Assembly (NCBI GenBank): GCA_028023455.1
Contig: JAQFVV010000007.1
Span: forward strand, 14,818,001-14,882,000
Direction: 5' to 3'
DNA from: Epiperipatus broadwayi
Taxonomy: Eukaryota > Animalia > Onychophora
DNA length: 64,000 bases
The translations under genes were made by a program, and so were the position numbers. This document shows positions 1 through 11,999 of the stretch, in pieces (the first letter of the stretch is position 1; every line of letters begins with the position of its first letter). The notes beneath the pieces were generated by a model. That model ran no database searches, was not told the origin of the DNA, and worked only from the letters and a program-made list of their open reading frames with translations.

Positions 1-204
1 TTGGAGATTATATGATTTTTTTAATTAGTTTTAATTTTAATTTATCATAAATGCAAGATATTAAAAGCTGATGATGTAGAGTTAATACCAGTTCATAGTT
101 AAACTAATATAATTTGCTATATTAAAGTTAAGTTTTATTTCATATAAATATCAAATATTATATCGCCAAGATTCATCACTAAACATAAACACACACACAT
201 GTTT

Positions 205-725
205 ATAGGTTGGACTATTTCCATCAGCTAGCATTAAATATGAATGTCTTCAGAAAAATTGTAAACTTCATTTATATTTTTATATACATTCAACTATCAG
301 TAATAACACAAAAGCTAGTATATGTACAATATTTTAAGTAATATTATTCACTTGTCTTCTTCAGGCATTTCTGCTGTGACTAGTAAGTATGGTGGGAATC
401 AAACATGGTCTTTTAAATATCTGAATATTGAATTTTACAGTAAGGCTATAATCAACTGAGTCATTCTTTCAAAGAAAATTAGAGTGTTACCTTAGAAGTC
501 AATATTCAAGGACTTAAAGGTCTGTGTTCGATTCTCATGTTAATACTGCCACTGGTAATGCCAGCAACACCTGAAGAAAAGAGAAGAATAAATGCCACTT
601 GAAACAAACTAACATATGTGTTATTACAAACAGTTGAATGTATAATTGGAAAATGTAAATAAAGTTAAAAAAATTTTAAATGATATTTAATGTTAGATTA
701 TAGAAATAGTCCAATATATAAATAC
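205..725. mobile_element. Family A palindromic element, copy 1: head-to-head pair of tRNA-like head + degenerate hammerhead units
   Basis: Left arm ~211-466 is an imperfect reverse complement of right arm ~479-722 (ttggactatttcc ... gaaatagtccaa). The whole element aligns with 52505-53065. B-box-like GTTCGATTC at ~527. CTGAAGA at 571-577 and GAAA at 601-604 (+); CTGAAGA at 364-358 (-). Confidence 0.8.
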
Positions 726-2019
726 AACGAAAAAGGCCATAATGACACACCTCCAGCCAAATACACCAACACATACATTCTTGTAAGATTAGTTTCCTTC
801 AATCTACTCTGAAACAATATACTATAAGTTTGATTAATCAATGGACATCAGATATTAATGCTATAGTATCTATATCTTTGAAATGATTTACGGTTTTTGC
901 TGTCATTGGTAATAACTTAAGATTCAGAGCTGTAATTAATGTGCTTATGCAATTAACAGCTTTAAATTTGAACATGAGCCAAATCATTTGCGTTATTCAC
1001 ATATAGAAATTAATCTGAAGATATGAATCATAAGTCACTACCTTCTGATATTCATCAATTACTTGAGTTTCCAATAATAGATATAAGAGGAAAGTGAAGA
1101 AAATTGTCCATTGCAATATATAAGTGAGTTAAGAAAATCATGTGATATTGTTGATGGTATTAACATACTAATACATATAACAAGAATGTTTGAGTTGACA
1201 TTTATAATAACTAAGTAGAAAATAATGTTCGGTTTTTTAAAAAAGGGAGTTCAAGGGTTTCAAACATGTCAAACTTTTCAAAACTGTGACATGAGTCTTT
1301 AAAAAAAAAAATGCAGCAAATATAAAAGAAACTATTTTAACAAACGATGCGAGTAAAAAAAAAAAATGGCTTAATTTTTTGTCCTGATTAACAAGAAATT
1401 AATTCTTGCTAATTATTTACAAAGTAGAATTTAAAAGATTTACATTATTAATAAATTTAAAAATTCAATATAATATGTATAATCAAAACAAATGTTAGTA
1501 GTTTTTTTTTTTTACTAAGTTTCAAGTCAACTTCCGAATCTGGTTTGATTTGTTCTAAAACTTGATTTTTAATTATATTCTAATGATAATGTTGACATCA
1601 ATTATACTGTCATATTTACTAATTATTTTAAATTGTTTACTAAAGAAATTATAAATATATGACTACAAGTTTCTTTGTATGAATATTAAATTCTCTTCTT
1701 AAAGATAGATTAAGGCAGGTAGGCAATAAGGTTAATTAATACTATATTTACAGAAAAAAAAAACGTTAAAAATAATAAAAATAAAAATATGAAGATATGA
1801 TTATAGATATTGTAGTAAGAAAGATAAAACTGCTTTTAAAGTCGTGTATCTTCATCTCCCACCCCCCTTCACTAAAAAATAGTAAAAAAAGTAGTATGGG
1901 TATTGAGTTTTTGAGCTGTTTTTTTTAATCTTTATTCCATAAGTAATATCCTATTTACTGATTTATATTAGATTTCTGATATAGGTTCATTAACTGAAAT
2001 AAAAATTACCATGATCACC

Positions 2020-2235
2020 ATTTCTTACACTTGCTCATAACTGTTATTAAAACAGGAAAAACTCTCCATATAGTAGTGCCACTCAATGCAAGCCAGAGTA
2101 ATCAATGGATGCCAGAAGGCTTGTGCATAAAATCCCTATCTAGGGCATACTCATCTGATATCCACAGATTAGCTTCTAATTTGTGGCTTTCATCAGTGAG
2201 GAGCCTTGGATCTAAGAGCACTGGATCTAGGTGCA
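2020..2235 (-). mobile_element. Family B retrozyme-like repeat, single partial unit with degenerate hammerhead (2161-2202)
   Basis: Aligns with the units of the 7570-9235 array. Minus strand reads tcctca CTGATGA aagccacaaatta GAAG ctaa TC tgtgga. Confidence 0.8.
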
Positions 2236-2289
2236 GTTCAATGATGTTTTATTGGTACTGAAGATACTCTCAAATCACAAGATAAAGAC

Positions 2290-2860
2290 TTTTGAAAAGA
2301 TAAGAGTGGTTGCCTTACCTTTTGTACCTAAATTTAGTTATATAGGCCAATCTAAAGTTCTTGTGCTTTCTTTGAAAGTATCCTCAGTAATCAACAAGCC
2401 ATTGATGAGCTATTATAACAACATTACAGTAAATGTGCTTAGGGAGTAAATCCCTGCTATTTAAATTACACATGATCTCTGCATTAGTAAATAAAATTGA
2501 AAATTACATAGTTTCTAATCGTTCTTAATATTAACATGTGGTAAATTAAAATTTTTTACAAACATCAATATATAGAAAAAAATTAATGGATAAAAAGTGA
2601 ATAAAGACACATCTTCACATTCTCAAACTAAGACATGTTAGACTGGCCTATATAATTAAATTTATGTACAAAAGATAAGACAGCCATTCTTATCTTTTCA
2701 AAATTTCTATCTTGTTTTTGGTTTGAAAGTATACTCAGTACTCAACAAGATATCACTATTCTAACAACATTACAGTACATGTGGTTAAAATGTAACCCCT
2801 TCTGTTTAAATTATACATGTTCTATGTGCTAGTAAATAAAATTGAATATTATATACTATT
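2290..2860. repeat. Local duplication, partly inverted and partly direct
   Basis: 2638-2705 is the reverse complement of ~2290-2355. 2720-2850 is a direct copy of ~2370-2505 (tttgaaagta..ctcagta..caacaag...aacaacattacagta...agtaaataaaattgaa). Confidence 0.75.
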
Positions 2861-3033
2861 ATAATAAAATTATAACTCAAATTATGTGTAACTATCTGTG
2901 CCTTCCAATAAGTTATGTAATGTAAATAAGCTATTAAAAGACAGAGTGATTTCATTTACCCTTTTGTGTTTGTTGATATTTATGCTTTAGTTTGTAAATA
3001 TAATTTTAAATTAGTGAATTCCTGAACTACTGG

Positions 3034-3178
<145 letters not shown>

Positions 3179-3499
3179 ACATATATGGAATCACCATTTA
3201 AATATTTATAGAATCAAGACCAAGCTTTAGTTTTAATTATTTCCAAACATGAAATGAAACTCAGTTTAATAAATGTAATCATAAATAATAATAATTAAAG
3301 TTATATATATATATTGTAAAAACATTTATAAAAATATTGTAAGAATATTTATAAAAATGCAACAGCTACAATTATATTGTATGATATTAAGACAGTTAAC
3401 ACTGAGAAGTGAGTGACTCCATATCTCTAAATCTTTTTACAGCAGTACTGCAAGAAATATTTTATGGATTAAAATGGGAAACTAAAGGAGTAAAAGTAA

Positions 3500-3610
3500 A
3501 TAAACATCACATGATCAACATTTCCTATGCTTTCTCATAACTGTTATCAAAACAGGCAAAACTTTCTATACATATTGCCACTCTGCCTTGCACTGAGTGG
3601 CAATATTGAA
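3500..3610 (-). mobile_element. Family B fragment ending in a short hairpin
   Basis: aaacatcacatgatcaac...aactgttatcaaaacaggcaaaact matches 2010-2065. It ends in the hairpin atattgccactc/gagtggcaatat. Confidence 0.7.
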
Positions 3611-4049
3611 GCTGGAAATCTGTTCTGCAGATTTGCGCTTCACCTAGTGCCAATTATATAATCACTAGAACTGGTTTAAACCTGAATTATATATGTTTAA
3701 TAGGCAATAGTATATATATATATATAGAGAGAGAGAGAGATGTATGGATGCATGAACATTTAGTTTGTTTACTCATTCATATGTGCATATGAAAATTAAC
3801 ATTTGAAAGTTATAAAATTTCGTAATTTTATTTCAATAACTTTCTAACCCATTTATATTATATAAACCAATTTATATTATATATGTTTTCTAAATCTTAT
3901 ATTTTGCCAGTAACAATTTATATAAAATAAAATTGTCATTTAAGAGACAAACCACATTATTTTGAAATTTATTGCTAATAATTTGTGTAAGGTAAACAGA
4001 TATTTAAGAGTGAAGCAATGCAATCGGTTTTAAAATTTTGTGAACCTTT

Positions 4050-5620
4050 GTGTCATTCTTAAAATACATTCAAGGTCATGGGTGCCAGAGGTTCTTTAAC
4101 TATTTTGTCTGGCCATTTATTGCTCAGGTCTTTTTCATTCCCATATATGGAAACTGAGGTCAACTCATAATCTCAACCAAGTGTCTGAGTTTGAGGCAGT
4201 GGCCTGATTCTTTAAGATTTGCTTATGTATAAATAGCTACATTTTTATAATTTTTTTGGCTTTTGTTTTTGTGCTCCATTCAGAGATCATATACTCCATG
4301 CAAGTTTGTGTTGTACACCAAAATAGTGTCAGGGTAAGGGAGATTGCTGCCTCCCATACTTCTGGGAAGCCTATCTAGTTCACTATGCCATGGTCAGAAA
4401 CATCTAGACCAAATATGCAGACTGTTCAGTAAAATGTGTGCCTGAAAGTGACTCTTCAATCTCTACCAATGCCTGTTTCAAACCCAAGCTAGCCCATAAT
4501 CATGATCCAATGATTACCTACATCATCACGTCCTCAAGGCCAAGGTAATATCTATCTTGCCACCAATTATGAACTTTTAATTAATAAATTATTCTAATTC
4601 TAAACTATATTGTATGCCTTTCCTTCCTTACTTAATTTTAAAGCTGTTATATAAATGCTAATAATGTCTGTGCAATTTATTATAATGCTATATAAATTTT
4701 TCTGTTTTGGTGCAGCAATTTATAATTAATTTGACTTTTCTTATTTTATTATTCTAATTCATTTTGATATGCCAAGAAAGTATACAATCTAGCGAGTGAA
4801 TTTAAACCCACCGTCAATAGTTTTCTCCTATTAAACTAAGGAGATGTAAATTTCCTTTAAAGTTCATTGTTATAAACTCATTTGGTTTTACACCTATTAT
4901 TTTCCAATAATTTTATTCTTTAAACGACCGGAAGGTTTTGATATTTATTTTGAATTCTTACACCTAACTACAAAATTTAACCCTCATCTACTCATTAAAG
5001 TTGTTATCATTTTAACTAATTAAATCTCACCAGCAGTGAATTTAATATGTAATTTATAATTTTATTTTGTAAGTAATAATAGTTACCTGTGCAATGATTG
5101 CTGGTAGACATATGGAGATATTTCCAAGGTGTGGGAGAGAGCAATTTATTCTTTATTTTTAGTTTAACTCTGACCCCTTATTGGCATTTATTAATCGTTA
5201 GTTAATAGCCCAGGATGATTTGCATTTAAGCATTCCATTATGCAGGAGAGCATCGTATAAGTACCAGGTGTTTATTAATTTACCATGGTCGTTAGTGACA
5301 CGAACTATCTATATGTTGAGGCATTATAGGTGTATCGTTGCAATCGTTATTTATAATTTCTTGCTTTATCATTTATTTTGGGATCTTCAGAATGATCAAT
5401 CCCATGCTTCACCATCCCTCTAAAAGTATATGCATTTCCTACTCGCGATCTTCTCCAGGCACTCCAAATGAACCAGTATGTGGTAAACATATGGATGAAC
5501 CATCCCAACATGCCACTTGTGCCATTACTCTTCTGAGGTATGACCTTGGCCATCATATAGGCATACTCCTTTCATACCAATATGACAAAGCCACTCAAGA
5601 GCATCTTAAATGACCGCCCC
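4050..5620. other. GC- and CpG-richer island with decayed coding-like stretches, origin unresolved
   Basis: The plus frame near 5395-5535 gives IPLKVYAFPTRDLLQALQMNQYVVNIWMNHPNMPLVPLLF, loosely like the YAFPP...WFPLL region of DIRS elements. Minus frames also give stop-interrupted protein-like text. No firm assignment. Confidence 0.3.
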
Positions 5621-7084
5621 TCTATATGTGATTGTGAGTGATAACATGATACTCCCTTTATTATTATTAATTAGTTGTCTATCCACCTGCTATGCTCTCT
5701 ACCAGTCATAATTGCATGTCATTCGCCATTCATTCATTTTAATTTTCTAAGTCAGAGTATGAATTGTAGCTTTTTTAAAGCTGAATCATTTTGCTCCCAT
5801 GCATCTGCATGATCTCCAAATATCACACATTTTTCATATCCCACAGCCTAAACTTCCACATTGTAGTATAACCAATCTGAGCCACATTAGACTTGTTATA
5901 GCTACAATATATATATATATGAATATTAAATCTACATAGAAGTATGTTATAATAATCAGATAAAATATTACAACCATGTGATAACATTTGATCACCATTA
6001 GTAATGATTTGACCTTTGCCGTCACTAACATTTAGGTTTCTTTATTATCCATCCTACTTATGTAAATAGTTCAATCTTTATGATATTGTTCTAAATAGTG
6101 AATTATTAGAATTTATTCTAGGAAATTGACTATCTTTTTGAACTTTTAAAAACAAAATAATTTATGTTAAATGAATAAAAAAAACTAACTTTGACAACAA
6201 TCAAAAAATATTTTCTCTTATTATACATACTTATTCAAAATACAATCTTGTTTATTATAGGGTTTTTTAATAATTCATTTTTTATTTGTCACATATATAT
6301 TTATAATAATTAATAATTTTATTTGTAATTTACTCCCTCTATAAATATTCATAAAAACTTATGGCTTTATATATAGTAATGTTTGATGAAAATTCAACTT
6401 ACCTCTTGTAGGATGCATGTTTCTATTAATTAAATCTGATATCATCAGCTGCTCATATGGCAAGTGGGATTACATCAACCATAACAGCTCCCTTCTTTAT
6501 TTAAATAGATTTATAATGTCAATTTGATATTAAAATTTACACATGAAATTAAATAAATGTTAGCTATCTTTGATATGACCTCAACTGGTCTTTTGAAGAG
6601 CTGATGAAGTTAGATTTGATTGGCTAAAATACATGTCTTGTAAAAATTTGTTGATATTTCATCAACCTTTGTTGTATATAAGTTTTTAGGTTTCTGTAGA
6701 TAGTGTAAACAAAAATAACATTAATAAGTTTCATATTTATTTGGTATTTAATTAATTAGCATTTACAAACGCTAACTAATGATTACAATATTGATGTATT
6801 ATTAGTTATTGCATTTTTTAATATTAGGTTATTAATTCACTAATGTATTTAAAATGAGTTAATGTTGTCAACATTGTAATGTTTAATATTTAGTTGTAGT
6901 GAAAGTTGATTTTAAATTTATCCTGAATAATATCATTTCACAGATTTGCCACTTCTATAAGAACTGGGAAAGCAGATGTAAATAGTCATTTCACATTTAT
7001 AAAACAATCTGATGAAAATTTGATAAGTTGATACTAATAAAATTTGGAAAATTTATTTCTTTTAATCCTTATATATAATACACT

Positions 7085-7480
7085 GCTATCAACCTGAATC
7101 TAGTCTACAGATGCCCAAGCCCAAAACATAGTGGCCAAATGCAACACAATTCCCTCAATCACATATTAACATTTAGTGACATATATATATATGATATTAT
7201 AATCAGGCCACCATCAGTTGGACCAAATTATAATCTTCATCACATATATACAGTCAGTGCTTGGTTTATATTAAAATAGCAATTTCTTAAACTTTACTGG
7301 ACAGGCTGTAATCTTTTCACTCTTCCAATTATTCAACCATCCATTTCATTGAAAAACTAATAATGATTGCTCAATGCCTTTATAGAGTTTTATATATGGT
7401 CATGTGTATTGGTTGCATAAGATGGCATGGAAGGCAAATATTGTTTGCAAGATTCTAACATTCAAATTTCTCTACTTATA
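7085..7480. mobile_element. Family C copy, rearranged (minus-sense body joined to plus-sense tail)
   Basis: 7190-7390 aligns with 16500-16680 (catcagttggacc, cagtgcttggttttatattaa, tggacaggct). 7398-7470 aligns with 28690-28765 in the opposite orientation. Confidence 0.7.
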
Positions 7481-7710
7481 TACAACAGTAAATAAGTAAA
7501 TGATTGCTTAATATTTGGAAGTTCTTAAAAAGTGCAAATACAAGAAATGGCAGAGTAAAGCCTCAGTCTATTAAACATCACATAATCATCATTCTTTATT
7601 TTTATATAAGCTGTTTACAGAGAGTCAAACCTCTTTATAAATTATTGTTAATCAGTATAAGCCAGAATAATTAATGAATGCAGGGAGATTTGTGTATAAA
7701 AATCTAATAT

Positions 7711-7751
7711 GTCCAGACTATTTTCTAGCTTGTTGCTTTCATCAGTGAGTA
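7711..7751 (-). ncRNA. Type I hammerhead motif (family B), stems I and III weakened
   Basis: tactca CTGATGA aagc-aacaa-gcta GAAA atag TC tggaca. Confidence 0.55.
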
Positions 7752-8158
7752 GCCTTGGATCTGAGAGCACTGTATCTAGATTTTAGAATGTAGGGCAATC
7801 CTCCTTCACCCACCTTTTATCTTATTAGCTAATATCTTGAGTCTAAAATAAAAACACAATAATGTTTTCAATTTCAGTTTATTAGCTTATATAGTCATAT
7901 GGATCTGAAACAAGTTCAACAAACATACATTTTTGTGTTTTTGGTTCTTTAATAAACACAGTCACCTTAATCCTATTAGGAATGACTGGTATTGAACCAA
8001 TAAACATCACATGATCACCATTCTTTATGCTTAAACAAGCTATTTACCCAGAGATAAAACTTCCCATACATTAATGCCATTCAGTACAAATTAGAGTAAT
8101 TAGTGAATGCAAAAAGGTTTTTAAATAAAATCCCCATCTAGTGCCTACTCATCCAATA

Positions 8159-8202
8159 TCCCCAGACTAAAATTTCTAGCTTGTGGATTTCATCAGTGAA
8201 GA
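8159..8202 (-). ncRNA. Type I hammerhead motif (family B)
   Basis: tcttca CTGATGA aatc-cacaa-gcta GAAA ttttag TC tgggga. Stem I tcttca/tgggga can form 6 pairs including two G-U. Confidence 0.55.
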
Positions 8203-8637
8203 GCCTTGGATCTGAGAGCACTGCATCTAGATCTTAGGAACTTATGCACTCCTCCTTCATCAGTTACCTTTTACTTTACTACCATACTAGCTTTGAACCC
8301 AAAATAAAATGGTTATGCTGGTTTGCACTGAGTAGTACTACTGTATGGAGAATTTTTCTTTTGTGTAAACAGTTTGTATAATCATAAAAAATTTGTGATC
8401 ATGTGATGTGTAGTGATTTAGTACATTCCTGCTCAATAGGGTTATGGTGACCATGGTTATTAAAAACCAAAGACAGCAAAAAATATAATGCTGAACTCAG
8501 ATTAGAACTATATGAGTATAGAATGTAATGGCTTGAATTGAAAACATTATTTTATTTTTATTTTGGACTCAAAAGCTTTATAAATTGCTAATGCATTAGA
8601 TCCTAAAATCTAGATGCAGTGCTCTTAGATCCAAGGC

Positions 8638-8679
8638 TCCTCACTGATGAAAGCCACACACTAAAAACTGGTCTGAGAA
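8638..8679 (+). ncRNA. Type I hammerhead motif (family B), G12 mutated
   Basis: tcctca CTGATGA aagccacacacta AAAA ctgg TC tgagaa. Confidence 0.5.
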
Positions 8680-9081
8680 TATTAGATAAATAGGCACTAG
8701 ATAAGGATTTTATGCATAAACCTTCTTGCATACATTGATTACTCTGGCTTTCACTGAGAGGAGCTACTGTATGGATAATTTTGCCTCTGTGTATAAGCAT
8801 AATGAATGGTAGTCATGTGATGCTTAGTGGTTTAATACCATTTTTTCACAATAGAATTTTGGTCACTGTAGCTATTAGAGAACCAAAGAGACCAAAAGGT
8901 ATAGATGCTGAACTTGGTTCAGTTTTATATGACTATACAAACTAATAAGATTAAATTGAAAACATTATTCTGTTTTCATTTTGGACTCAAAGCTTTATAG
9001 TTAGCTCATATTGTAAAATGTGACTGCTGAAATGTTGCATTAGATTTTACAATCTAGGTACACTGCTCACACCTTTAAGCC

Positions 9082-9123
9082 TACTCACTGATGAAAGAAT
9101 CAAGATAGACACTAGTCTTGGAA
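9082..9123 (+). ncRNA. Type I hammerhead motif (family B), degenerate
   Basis: tactca CTGATGA aagaatcaagata GACA ctag TC ttggaa. It keeps the palindromic ACTAGT stem III. Confidence 0.5.
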
Positions 9124-9498
9124 TATTGGATGAGTAAGCACTAGATATAGATTTTATGCACAAACCTTCTTGCATCTATTGATTACTTTGACTTGCACTG
9201 AATGATGTTATTATATGGAGAGTTTTGCCTCTGAGTCTACATGCCTTTTATGTGTTGGCATTCAGTTCTCAATATTTGTAAACTCAATTTGTCTTCAGTC
9301 AAAATTTTTCTCATATGTACAATGATTAAATAACTTTTATTCTCAAATATTTATTTGCAATTAAGTTAACATATCAAAACAAAATCAAGATTTTATCCTT
9401 AGTTTTTACTAAGCAATAAGAATAATATTACTTTACTATAATTTACCTCTAATTATTAAGAAGCTGATATAAATTATTAAAAGATTGGCATGAATTAC

Positions 9499-9582
9499 CC
9501 CTTCAATAAATGAAATTATTTCCATTATTCTACCTGGTGGCAATTTATGTAATAATTCAGCTTCTGATTTTAGTATATTAAA
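9499..9582 (-). CDS. Candidate internal exon (FNILKSEAELLHKLPPGRIMEIISFIEG), protein not recognised
   Basis: 84 nt open in phase 0, between AG (9583-9584) and GTAATT (from 9498). Confidence 0.3.
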
Positions 9583-11495
9583 CTATTATTTAATAAATTG
9601 GACTTCATTGTTAGCATTACAAAGTTACAAATGAAAAGCATTCTAAAAAGTCATATTTGAACTTTGCAAATATAGAAAAATAATAGTTTAGATAATAACT
9701 AAATGGAGACTAATAAACTTATTTTGATTGGATGATAAAAAAGCCAATTCAATTGATGTAAAAAAGATTAATGAGATCTTTGTTGAGTGAATAATTTTTA
9801 AAAAGCAAATAAAAAAGTGTGAAGTCATCATAAACCTATCAAATTCTATTCCAGGATTTTTATATTTTTTATAAATATTAAAACACTGTAGAGAAACTGC
9901 ATTAAAAATGTTACTAACAATCTTAATGTTGTAGTTTTATGCTTACTAATCTGATTGAATTTGTTAACTTTTGTTTTTAAAAATAAAACTTTTTTAGATA
10001 AAATCAAATTGTAAAAATAAATCCTAGATATAACAAAATATCTTTATCTAACAACAAAATGATATATGGCAATAGCTGTAATATTGTCATATAATCATAA
10101 CACATAAAAATAACATATGAAAGCTCTTTTTGGCAAATTTTAAATTTTTGCCCTTTTCAATATGTCTTAATTACAAAAATAAAACAAATCAATTTGTAAA
10201 AAAATGTATACTGTTGTTTTTAAATAATTATGAGAGAAGACAAATTTAAAAAAACATTCCTATTCATTCACAACAGGCATGGGTTCAAAATATGGCAGTC
10301 ATTAAAAATTATAAATATAGAAATGATAAATACAATACAGATAAAAATGTAACTGATTTATAACAAATTTAATTTATTAAATTATATAAAGAAATATGAA
10401 TATAACCCTAAAATTATTAAAAGTATATATTTTAATTCTAAAAAATCTTCATTAAATGATAACATTTCATGCAAAATGATTATAATCATAATAGAAACAA
10501 TAATTTAAATTAAAAATGGATTGAACTTTCATAATATCCCAAAATGTATAATACATTAATAAAAAATAAAAATGATACTGATATGCATATAAATATTAAG
10601 TGATCAAATAGTAAAAATCTGATTAAATTAATAGGCAATTATAAATTAAAATATGATACAAAGTGCACAAAAGGAATCTTATATAAAATTAATGTGACAA
10701 ATGTAACATGATTTACTATGGTCATACAGGAAAACAGAGGTAAGAGTCAAAAAACATAACAATGCACTTAATAGATGAGATGATAAATCTGCTTTGTAAA
10801 TTTACTACTTAATATGTGGACTTAATATAGATGCTATAACAAATATTAAACCTTTAAATTATGTTAAATGTTTAAAAAGTAGATATATACATGAAACATT
10901 TTATATTAAGCATAGCATAAATAATTGTATGAACATTTAACACTTTAATAAATTTAGTTAGTAACTGGACAATTAAAAATGGGTGGAAATTATATAATAA
11001 GGTAGTATATATAAAATTTTATAGGGTATATTTTATTTATTCTGCATATTGTTATGTTATATAGTCAATTATTTGAAACTATGTTGACTTTCAATATGAA
11101 AAAATGTATTCTATTTTACAGATGTTTTATTTTGTTATTGTTATTATTTTACTTATATTATAGAACACTAGATGGTGACCTATCTGCAATAATTGGTTAA
11201 TGTTATAATAGATGGTTAACATTTGAAAAATGAACAAAACTGTGTGCTGAAAAGGGTTTTTTATTTGTAATTATTATTAATATATATATGGCTGCTGTAT
11301 ATGACTTTTTATTATTTATTATAAATTACATAAAAGAACAGCATAATGGACTTCATTAATATGAAAATATCGTATGTAAATAATCATAAATACTTAAATA
11401 AACTATAAAAACATGTAATTTGTTTGCTAACAACTAAGAACAAAAAAAAATGAATTTAGAATTATATTTGCAACTACTCTCTATCAATTAGCATC

Positions 11496-11818
11496 CTAAT
11501 AGGTGTGTTTCCATCCCTTTGAATATTTTTTGAAGTCTTCGGCTCGCTTCAGATTTTTTGAACTAATAAATTAATAGTTTCTGTAATCAAAATGAACACA
11601 AAATCTGCAAAATAGCACTACAGGTAACTGCGAGGGACTGAATAAAAATTGGAGGACCATTAACGCTCTCACCAAAGATTGTTAAATGTAATACTTTGTA
11701 ATTAATAACATTAGTGTTGAAGGTAATATTAATACCTCTTTAGATATGAAGTAATCAGTGCTAACATTGAATATAACTTTAATGAATTTTCAATAACGAA
11801 TGTCTTTAACTTTGACAT
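11496..11818 (-). CDS. Speculative two-exon 49 aa ORF (MSKLKTFVIENSLKLYSMLALITSYLKS/SKNLKRAEDFKKYSKGWKHTY)
   Basis: ATG at 11818, exon to 11736, GT..AG intron, exon 11562-11496. A tttcag acceptor lies just upstream at 11831. No homologue recognised. Confidence 0.15.
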
Positions 11819-11999
11819 AAGTGCTCAGTACTGAAAATGAATTATATTCATTTTTAAAATTGTCAATCTTTTCTCTATGTATGAAGAGATATTAATAATG
11901 TCTTTAATTTATTCATTTCAGTGAATTATTTTAGCTTTTAATGAAGATGTAGTAATACTGAGTCTCTAAGATCTAGTTGTACTTACTTATTTCTGGACA

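Larger units (their letters stand above)
7570..9235. mobile_element. Family B array of ~430-450 bp units, two blocks in head-to-head orientation
   Basis: aaacatcac repeats at ~7575 and ~8000; ttttggactcaaa at ~8561 and ~8981; ctcactgatgaaa at ~8640 and ~9084. Units left of ~8315 are minus-sense and units to the right are plus-sense. Confidence 0.9.

Noticed and set aside
2031-2261. ORFs 2031-2261, 8603-8800, 16376-16573, 28409-28639 and 44255-44503 that resemble each other
   Set aside because: The similarity comes from lying in repeat families B and C. Reading frames are not preserved between copies.
6591-6650. Hammerhead-like gaagag CTGATGA agttagatttgattggct AAAA tacatg TC
   Set aside because: Stem II can pair, but G12 is missing, stem I does not pair, and no second copy was seen.
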